A stretch of 64,000 bases of DNA, from assembly GCF_003704095.1 (NCBI RefSeq), contig NW_020844755.1, positions 186,001-250,000 of the forward strand, in the 5' to 3' direction. Shown one piece after another: positions 53,941 through 64,000 of this stretch (position 1 is the stretch's first letter; each line of letters begins with the position of its first letter). This stretch comes from Pocillopora damicornis. Its lineage: Eukaryota. The position numbers and the translations under genes are program-made. A model generated the notes under the pieces. That model was not told the DNA's origin. It was given only the letters and a program-made list of their open reading frames with translations, and did no database searches.

Positions 53941-56900
53941 ACACATGCCGCTGGTTTGGCGAAGACAGATACCCCTAGCTAGTTTAATTGGATTGTAAAT
54001 TTACATTCTTAGCCACAACAAATTGAATCGCCTTATATTAATTTTTATCAGAGTGAATTTAAAGAAACCTTTACGTCATTAATCGTTGATCGACCCGTAA
54101 AGAAACCCGCGAAGAACACTTGAGGACACTTGAAGAAATATGACCGCGGTTCGAGGGAAATATAGGAGTAAACGAAGAGATGTAGTACATCAATCCGCAT
54201 AATATAATTATTAGTTTAAATTGTAATGAAAAAAAATTAAACTTGACTCTTGTTATATCATCACAAAATTCAGCTGATTCAAGTTCTTCCGAATCCCTCC
54301 ATTTTCCTCTCCTTTTAAATTCCCAATTATCATTCTCCATGAAAGATACAGCATTCGAACGCATGTGTGAAAGATCTGGGAAGGGTCGCAAATAGAAAAA
54401 GAAAATGGCGGTGTCTCATTTTCTTCTTGTATTCGAGGTCCATGATGAGCCATGATCATTTTTTTCTTGAATTCGCGGTCCATGATCAGTCATTAGTTAA
54501 AATTCTCACTTTGAATTTACGTAGCTTCACATGCATATTACGTATGGTTCTTGATTTCAAAAGTTTGTCCGATGGTAAAGTATTTCTGCTTACTCGCGAT
54601 CCTACATTACCTTAAAACCACTTATGTCAGAAAGCAAGCTACAGCTGTAGGTTTGGAGAAAGATATCGTCTATAGTGTGAGACAAAGAAAAATTCCCACG
54701 AGGAATCGACCTAATAGTGAGTAAAATAGAGCCACTTTAACTTTGTTTTGTAGTAAAATCAACCTCGATCAAGTGATCATTCGTGTAAAACAACTTTACA
54801 TTTTCCTTTAATTCGTTCTATTTATCTGTCAGTGTTACTAATTTTGATCTCTCTTAAAAGAGTATTTGGATAAAGAAAGATCTGACTCTTGTATGAAAAC
54901 AACTGACTCCAACTGAAACAAATTGACTTCTTTTGTGAAAAATTGTGACCGTTCTTTCGCACGCTTTTTTCTCGAAGAAATTGAGCATTAAACGAATTGA
55001 CCGATTACCGAGACGCTCGGTTCATTAGTTACTTAGGAACCTCATAAATAAATCAATTTTTTTGCTGATTGCTTGTCCCTTTCACGCCAGATGTCAATCT
55101 TTTATAAGATTGGTGAGAAGTGGATATTAATTTGACTGGAAACTGAGCTGAGCAAATACAGGCGTGTGCGTGTCATGTAACTCAACTGGCACCGGGGTTC
55201 ATTGTGTGTCGGAATCAACCACGGTTTAAATTTCTTCGCAGGCTGAGAAGTACTCCTCGTTATAAAGCACGGTGGGTTTGATAATTATGGTCGACTTTGA
55301 TTTACAAATTTAATTTAGAGTTCAAAGGGGTCATGGTTTAAAGATTTTTTGGCAAGTAGGGCAGACACTCTTTAAAGCGGTAAGCTAAACTTCTTGCTGC
55401 AAGGTCAATGCTAAAAAAATACTCTACAGATCAAGTCGTTTCACACATTCCCTTAGGGCTTCAGCTCTTGCCACAGGAACGAGCACTCAGAATTATATGC
55501 TACCTCACCTTTCCCAGGGGATGATCGCTAACAGGCGCCTCAAATTTTAAAGGCATCTATAGTCATTTCGGCGTGTTACGTTATATGAAATAATACCTTG
55601 ACTCAAGTGAATTCTGGTCTTGTCTAATTGCGAATAAAAAGTGATTCACAGTTTTGGTGGCAGTACTATGCATTAATATGTCTGCACTCTCTGAAGCAGA
55701 GTGGCACTTCTACTGGTCTCCTAAAACGGACTTTTACCTAAAATGTATATGAGAGTATGTACAGTGAGCATAAGCAAACTTCCGTTCGACAAACCGCATT
55801 TACATCTCATTCTTTCATCTTTAATCTTTGATAGACGAAAACGAACTTCGGTCAGAATACAAACATGCAATTTCTACTCCACAGAAAACGTATCAGAAAC
55901 TTTCAAAAGAAAATCCTTACGCTCTGCATAGCCTGAATGCTTTTTTGGACAGATAATAAGAGAAGCAATTTTCTAACACAAAAGTTTCTGACAGAGTCTT
56001 AAAATAAGGTAGGAACGTTAACTAAAGAAGTGGCGTTAAATTTTTCTCCGTCTATATTCGTTGTGACTTGTTCGAATTAAAATGCCGAAGTAATATTTTT
56101 TTTCAAATTTTGTTGAAGCAATACTTTCGGTCTAAACTTAAGTAAAATAAAAAGTTCTTAACGAGTTAATTAGCGCATGACATCAGTCAAGTGAATTGCT
56201 TTCACAAAGAAATTTTTCTGTCTCCTTAGAGACCTGAGAACGTATTTATATATGGAAACTGTCAGCAGTTAATGAGAGTCTCAGAAATGGAAACAGTTTG
56301 ACACTTACTTATGAAAGTGGTATAGACAACGTAAATATTTGCCGTCAAGTTATGACCTAGACTGATTTCAAAAGAGTAATAATTTTTCAAAAATATCTGA
56401 ATAGGACACACGCTTCTCACCGAAAAAAATTTTGAAAATGCACGGAACATACGGCAAAAGCCACAGTTCTTTAAAATATACTGCGGGAACAAGTCCTACC
56501 TTATTCCTAAGGAGCTGCTGTCGTATAGATTTCTATGTATGCGCAGCTGCAAGCTGCCAATTCCCGTCGATTTTAGCCGCGAGTTCTGAAAACTGTTTTC
56601 TCGTTCTATCTCGACTGAGGAAGACCTTTTATAGCTCATAACAAAAAGTAAATATGATAAACAATACTCGGTACTAGTTTCGAAAAACAATGACTTTGTA
56701 GCTTTTTCAAGCGACGAAATTAGATTTGGATTTCATGATACATCATTCCCAGACGCGATACAAATAACATATGGCCGGAAAAACAAAACAGTGAATTGTC
56801 TTCTTTACAACGGTTAATGTTATTAAGTATTAATATGTCCCAAAACTATCGTTCATTTGAAGATTTCGTTTTAAAATTTTGCAGTTTTCAGAATTTCTGG

Positions 56901-58624
56901 TCGTAAAATCTAATAAACAACAGTTCAAGCATGGTAAATCCTTCCACAAGGGTCTCTTAAATGCAAGAAATTTTTACGTTTTTCTCTTTGTTTAACGAAC
57001 GATAAATATTATTTTTAAGATGGGATATGACTTGAAAGTATTGTTCAATAACGTTTTTAATTTAAAAGTCGTACAATTTCAGAATTTTCAAAATTTCCAA
57101 AACAAACCTACGCAAGTTTCTGAGTAGATAAGTAGTTTCAAGTAGCGGTCTCCTACATGCAAGAAATGCTTAAAGTTTACAATTCTTTGAATAATGCTTT
57201 GGTGTCTAAATATTTCTTGGTCGTTTTTGCCTTGTCGTTTATGGGTAAAAGTTGTTATAAATTCTCTTTGCATGCACAACTTCGAGTATAACTTTCGTGC
57301 AAAACTCTTATGCTATATGCAACTTGCTAATCACAAAGGTCGGTAAATTCTATTGAAATGTTTATTCATCTCCCTAAGGTTGGATGTTCACTGTTTTTGT
57401 TTTCCAAATTCGAAAGAAAGTGCACGAAAAGCTATGAACTTTCAAAATAGGCTCCCACGAGCCAAATTCTGATGTGAGTAACATGGAGCAAAATCAGCTT
57501 CATTACCATCATCTCAACTTCAAGGAGTTTCCATACCATCATGAGAAATGATAAAATATAAAATCCATGTCTGCCCTGTTAAAATAGAGCTGCTTAATAT
57601 TGCCGGTAAACTGGATTGATGCTAGAACCAAAAACACTTTGCCACATTCTTATGTTTAAACGCGTGGGGACTACCTCATGAACAACATAGACTGATCTGA
57701 GTTTGGTAATAATGATGAACTCGACCCATGAAAGTAGCTTAATGGTATCCGTAAGATAACCTTAGCCCTACACCGCCATTTGTACTCTATCTGGTAGATC
57801 CGTTCGTCGACCTATTTTTGAGTAGTGTTCACGGTTTTTTCAGGAAATGAGAATTGCTCATTTTGCATTCCGTGAATTGCGAAATGTTCGTAGGTTTCAA
57901 TGCGAAACGTGCTCTGGACTCCTCTTAGTTTTTGTTTAAGGCGCCATTTTTATCACTGAATAGTGGTTAGACACCCCATTAGCAGAAGAGCTTAATCTAA
58001 GGAAATTTGAAAAAGGCCCCATGGAGACGCCTCCCCAGAATTCACATTGTAACGTATGGATATTTATAACATTAACGCTGAGAGCATAAATCTAGACTGT
58101 ATTTGACAGATTGCACCACGGCTCTGGTACGTACTTGACTCATCCATTTACCATAGTGTATTTTAAAATTCGAGAGCAAGGTTAAAATGCTATTCATGAA
58201 TCTAAAGGCATAAGAGTTGTAAACCTTCACTGGTCACCTTTAAAGATGAGCTCATTCAGCTTTGATAAACCTGCTCGTTCATTTTCGGAAGTTTATTACA
58301 CAGTATGGAATCAAATGTAGCACAGCAAGCGTTGTGTGCGTCACCAGATATTACTCAGCTGCCAGGATTGTCATTTCAATATCAGGTTTTTAACAACAAA
58401 ATCTGCGTTCAAGAACGGATTTTTTTTTCAAATAAAGAATTTATATTTAGTGATAGCTTGAGAAAAAGGAAATAGTCAATCATACAATATTTCCTGTGTC
58501 CTTAGCTTATGACAGATATTTAATATGGCACACAAAAAAAAAGGTGCTAAATTTTAAGCTCCGTCTTCGCATGAAAAAAATAATTAACATTTTTTTTTCC
58601 GGAGAGTTAAACAAAGAAGAAAAA

Positions 58625-58795
58625 CCGAGGAATCATTATGAGAAATCGAACCCCAGACCTTAGGATTTTGCGCTCCTTTGCTTTATCTCTGAGAAGCAGA
58701 AAACTTAGTGGTGAACAAGGCCATTGCAAAGTTCATGTGTGACCAGCGTCCTGAAAACTAACGACAACGAACACCAATGTCGATAACGTCGAGTG
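58625..58795 (-). mobile_element. Decayed tRNA-related SINE-like fragment
   Basis: The minus strand has ggtctggggttcgatttc (B-box-like GGTTCGA) within a tRNA-like head. No intact cloverleaf. Confidence 0.4.
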
Positions 58796-60642
58796 AGTCA
58801 GTGAGTGGAGTCAGAAAAGGATGATAAATTATGAGCTAAGTCGTTGTCGCTCAAAATGTCACATCACTTTTAATCTGTCTTCGCAAAAAACTTTGTTGTT
58901 GAAGCAACGCGATATGTTTTATCTCAGTTTTACTTTCGTAATTACTGAAGTCTTTGACAAGTTCATCACGGATTCCGTGTTGCTTTTAATCTTAGACTTA
59001 GTGTAACAGCTTACTTGTCTTTGTTGTGTTTTAAAATTTTTACATATCTTGGAAGTTTTTTGTCACTTATTAACATGGAGATAGTGTCGTTAACTTAAAG
59101 GTTACCATTTGTTGACACGAACTTGTCATTCAATTGAATCATTAATTGTATTCAAATATTTCTTTTGTCTTATCGAATTCGAATTGACTCTGAGAAGTTT
59201 TGTATCTACATGAAACATTGCGGACAAGTAGTAAAAAATTCAACCATCACGAGAAAGCAATAAGCAGAGGTAGTCTTCATTTTTCGCAAATGGTCGAAAA
59301 ATTCATTAAGAAGAATAGAGCCACCACAAAATATGAATAGACCCATGTTCAGCGTACCAAACAGTCTAAAAAGTAAACATCCTCGTATTTCAATAACTTT
59401 TTTTTTAAAAAAAATCGATTGAATGTCAAAATGTTCCTCGCATCTGAAAAGTAAAAAAAAAACTGAATTGAAAAAAATTCTAACGGGGAAAACATTATTA
59501 GAGGCTCCAACCAGACCGTGGAAAAGTTGAACTGATTGAGTTATGAAGAAATGTGAAATTTAATTTCATGCAGCATTTGGATGCGTCATGGTAAGTGAAT
59601 AGTGACCGGATAAAAATTGTCACTCTTGGTTGATACCACATGAATTCTTTCAATAACGCTTCCTTTGTAAAAAATAAAAAAGTCCTTGAGGACAAACATC
59701 AGAGTTTCCCTCTCGATCATGAAGTTGTGTAGAACAATAATGACACGATATTGGACGAACTTTCCGTGATTTTCAAAGCCAATTACAATTCAATTGTGAG
59801 GCTCAAAGCCATCAAACAGACAACTGGATTACTTTAAATGGCAGTAATAGAATTGCTCGCCTCCAAAAATTAAAATTTGAAGATGATGGTTTACGGGAAA
59901 CGAGGATAAGTTTAGTTTCGCCAAAGCAACGATCGGTGACACTATAACAGTCACTTTGTAAGTATTATTATTACTGAGAACAAACAGGACAACAGATTGA
60001 GACAATTAATCTCCAGGGATTTTATCACTACTGAGTATCCCACGTTTAAAATTAGAAAATAAATTGAATAACATTCGCAGATGTTGTGAAACAATGAAAA
60101 TTAGAAAATTTTGTTTGGTAGTTTCTCAGAAAATGATAATTAAGATATTCAGATTGTAACAATTATGTCTTTTATTCTGTCATACATTATTCTGCTATTT
60201 ATAGGTCGAGCCAGTTTGAATTAAACGTAATGAAAGGTATTGGCGGAAGAGCGAGTAGTACTTAATGCGGGCACCTTCTCTGTGGCTCTTTCTTTCATCG
60301 TCAATAAATTATCAAAATTAAAATTGAAATGACGTGGGTTAAGTTTTATGCTTCGCAGACTTTAATATTGGTTTAATCACTAATAAGAATGGAAAAAAAG
60401 CTATGCGGAAAAGTGTCTACTTCCTATCCTGTTTTGATAACAAATAAATTTACATATTCCATGACGCAGATTCTCATTCTATTTATAATTAAGCCCATGA
60501 CAATTTACAACGAATCCACCCTCTTTAATCTAGATTTCTCTAACTGATCACTCATCAGTGAAACAGCAACATGTATCTTTATTTTTTTTAAACAAGAGGT
60601 TTTTTTCTTCGTAGATTTGCTAAATTTGACTCCTATTTAAAA

Positions 60643-60987
60643 TGACTCATTGTTTAGCCTGTCACTTACACTTTCATTTTTCCAACAGTTTGTCTCCTTC
60701 CCTTTAAATTCACACGAAACAATTGAAGTTAGTTTCGGTTGTTTATCTTTCAAGTCTTTGTAAAGTTTTTCATTTGACGCTGCGGTGTTGGAGGTGGTCT
60801 ATAAGCAGTTAATTAACAGATCTTTATCAAATACCCGTGTATTTAATGGCACCTACAAGATACATTTTTCATTATAGGTTTCGTGTTCAATACAGCTCTT
60901 ATTTACATACACGACAAGAACCGCAAGAACTGCGACTCGGAGCAGAGGCTGAACAGAATTCGAAAAACAAAATTTTCAACGTTTTTC
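60643..60987 (+). promoter_or_regulatory. Candidate gene C promoter: AP-1-like TGACTCA (60643-60649), TATAAG (60800-60805), non-coding exon ending at 60987
   Basis: Donor GTAAGT at 60988. The coding exon is preceded by an acceptor at 62698-62699. Confidence 0.4.
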
Positions 60988-61961
60988 GTAAGTATAAAAA
61001 TCTACAGCGGAAACAATTTACGACTTCAGTTTCCTTAGATATAAATGTGTGTGTCGGACTTTTTCAATTTTATCCGTTTCTTCCCTTTCAAATTCCAAAC
61101 TCTAAATAATTCTTCAGATGGTAACAATGTAAGACTGTATGAATGTATTGAGAAAATAGCAGTTTTCAAGTTCTGTTAAAGCTAACCTGCTCAAACTGAA
61201 TGTTCTTCGATCTCTTTTACGAATCGTGATGTTTCGAAAGGCTTTTTTATGCATTTTGTTATCAAATGTTGGTTTGAAATGCTAATAGAGATTTACGGAA
61301 ACGTTTTCTCTTTAAGGATTACATTTTGAATAACAACATAATCTAAAAATTATTTATTGACTTTATCTAAAGCCAACGCCAGAAGTTAACAAGAAGACAA
61401 GATTACAGGTAGGTGGAAGAGAATTTCTAAGACAAAAGCGTTGCCAACCAGCCAATTCTGCAAAGACAAAATAACGTTGATGCTTATTTGTTACACTAAT
61501 TATTACTTTAAGTTTTACACGCTAGCATATTGATAGAATAGCACAGCTGTTCGATTTCGTAATGTTCAGACGAAAGTATATTTTCGTGAAGTAATATTTT
61601 TTCGATATTTTTAATTATTCAATTCTACAATTGTTGTTGTGGATCTAATGACCTTAAACTTTCACGTTCTTGTTTAAAGTTCGATATATATGAATCATAA
61701 TCAGCTAGCATAAGTGGTAATTGAGATTTGTGATAACTTCGTCTAGAAACGAAAACGTCGAGACTGGCCGCATGATTTGTTTTGTCTAATTCAAAAGTGC
61801 TCGTGAACATAATATTGACTTAAACTCTTACATTAAGGACATGTACCTCAGTGAATCCCTTACGTTCCGTGAAGAGGCCAAGCTAGGCTTGGGGCTCCTT
61901 TTTGTACTCTCGAAGATACCATTAAGACCCATATGAAAAGGCCTGTGGCCGGACCAGGAAT

Positions 61962-62174
61962 TCAAGAAACTGAATTATGAATCAAAATATAAAAAAACGG
62001 CATCTGTCACATTTACATTGAAATTGCAGCATTCGTTCTATCTTTCACTTGTTTATGTTTGCATTCGTCAAGAAACTGAATTATGAAATCAAAATATAAA
62101 AAAACGGCATCTGTCACATTTACATTGAAATTGCAGCATTCGTTCTATCTTTCACTTATTTATGTTTGCATTCG
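61962..62174 (+). repeat. Near-perfect 106-bp tandem duplication
   Basis: tcaagaaactgaattatgaaatc...gtttgcattcg begins at 61962 and again at 62068, with one visible mismatch. Confidence 0.9.
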
Positions 62175-62717
62175 TTAACGGCCGCTTCGTGTTCCTTACT
62201 TTTATTCCTTTAATTTGTTGATTCGCTCAAATTTGCTTCGTCTAATTAATTGTCACTCTCTTACTCATTCTATCGTTGCTCGTTCGTTGATGTTTTCGTT
62301 TGTTTGGTTATCTGTTGATTTGCGTCTTTAGCTGATTTTTAAGGTAGCTGATTTTTAAGGCATAGTGCAAGATGTGAGAGAAATAACTCAGCAATAAAAT
62401 GAGTGCTTTTGCTGGTTTTGTTGCTCATACTTTGCTACACGTATTTTATTAGTTTTGTTGTATATATGTGTATTCATTGTGTGTCTTATTCATGTTTCAC
62501 TTTCTTTCATTTGACTTTTTCATTAATATCGTTTTCAGTTGTGTTTGTTTACCCAATATACCGCTGTATTAATACTCTCCACCACCTTGATAACAATTAA
62601 GCATATATGATCACATAAATATATATATATATACATATCAACCATGTCGTGGTGTTGGTTAATTAATCTCTCGTCCTTTCTCTCTTTATTAGTTTTCAGA
62701 GCTACTCTAGGACTTCG

Positions 62718-63597
62718 ATGTATTTCTCTATTTTGCTGTCCTTCGTAATTTATTTAACTGTCTCCAAAGGTAAGAAGATTTCATGTGGTATTACTGCTAC
62801 TCTACTGAAATTTTTTCATCTAATACCTCATTAACGACATGACATGTGATTGATAGGAGACTTGACGGCCTCAGAATCAGTAGAACATGGAAACCTTGAT
62901 GTGACTGCCAAACACATGCCGGTTTGTAGCATTAGTTTATTATCTCTACATAAGTTGATAGAGTAACAAAATTCATATTAGACACGGTTGCAAACTAATG
63001 CCCCATAATTTTGACCGTCGCTCACTCACCTGGCACAAACTTCTTTCTCTCACCAGCCTTCTGCAGCTGTAAGAATCAAAGATGGCTGCTACAACTTTCA
63101 CCAATAATATCACAAGCACTCACTAACAAAAGTGACGCCTGCTCAGCAGGATAAATTATGGTTGACCCGTTTGATTCAGAGCAACTTTGGTTACAAAACA
63201 CATGGTAGCTTTGGCTAAATTTGACTAGATTTCTCTTAAATGAGAATCGCCAGTCTTCCTCTTTGGTTATTTTTCGATTCATTTTATAAGCTCTTTCGTG
63301 CATCCTAAACTAAGCCCTGATAAACGAGGAACGTGCCAAGTTAGGCGGCACTAAAAACTCTACGTGTTATAAACTTTTCTTTTTTCTAAAATTCAGTTCA
63401 CGTAAACTATATTGAAATGATATTGTAATATCTAAGTTATTCTCAGTATCTCTAGTAATTTTTTGGTGTCAGAAATCATAAGCAAATGAAATATACCCTT
63501 GCTAAGTACACTCACGTGTCCTTACAGGATGAAATCCATCTCCAAATGAAAAGAAGCGAATTGGAACAATATTTTGGAGTAAGCTCGCACGAGGAAG
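62718..63597 (+). CDS. Gene C (5' part only): third ADAMTS-like paralogue; exons 62718-62769, 63057-63068, 63397-63401, 63528-63597
   Basis: Signal-peptide exon MYFSILLSFVIYLTVSK|gtaag (phase 1). Exon DEIHLQMKRSELEQYFGVSSHEE|gt (phase 1) aligns with gene A FHDIHLHMADSELQKTFGVDSREK and gene B NLHHKMTKRELEIFFGTDDLSQ. The two tiny exons are inferred from splice signals and frame. Confidence 0.75.
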
Positions 63598-64000
63598 GTA
63601 AAGTCTAAAGATACTGAACACTTTTTCCTCCAATGCAAAGTTTATATAGCGAATATTCTAAGGAGGCTAAGGAGAATGATTGTTTATGTAAAGTACCTCA
63701 GGTGACTATAAGAAAACTGGAAACATATCCATTTTGAAATTTTGTTTAAGTATCATATCTATCTCGCGCAGGGTATCCATAGCAGGTGTAAAGTATAATT
63801 CTCGGCCGAGTAGAGCGCGCACATCTCTATAACCACCTTAATGTACAAAAAATGGTCTACATATGGCGCGAAATTATCTGCAGACATTAGCTGTTCCTAG
63901 AGGCTAACTATTTTCCGAGAGCGAGGCTCGAAGAAAATTGTTAGCTTCGACGTACATATTTTGTCCAAGAAGGATATCCGAACAAATTTTCAAGTCAAAC

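Noticed and set aside
54000-60600. Short ORFs between genes B and C
   Set aside because: No coding signatures found; treated as intergenic DNA with decayed repeats.

Overview
AT-rich, intron-rich eukaryotic DNA with five assembly gaps. The repeat families and gene content suggest a cnidarian, probably a stony coral (inference). Manual splicing of short exons, most of them missing from the ORF track, shows a cluster of paralogous ADAMTS-type (M12B) secreted metalloproteases. Gene A (minus strand, 25 coding exons, 5775-19932, about 1087 aa) has the ADAMTS core (signal peptide, prodomain, M12B, disintegrin-like, TSP1, Cys-rich, spacer, 3 more TSP1) but ends in one 4-Cys WSC-like domain. Gene B (plus strand, 26277-53940, head-to-head with A, same intron phases across the core) carries 4 EGF exons and then at least four [EGF-EGF-EGF-WSCa-WSCb+EGF] cassettes built from phase-1 exons. 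It has no transmembrane segment and would exceed 2500 aa if four cassettes are complete. Gene C starts at 62718 (+) and runs off the window, and a fourth gene may start at position 29 (-). Both complete catalytic domains lack several conserved ADAMTS cysteines, and a Gly/Ser microexon replaces the usual Cys loop. All coordinates were read by eye and need RNA-seq confirmation.
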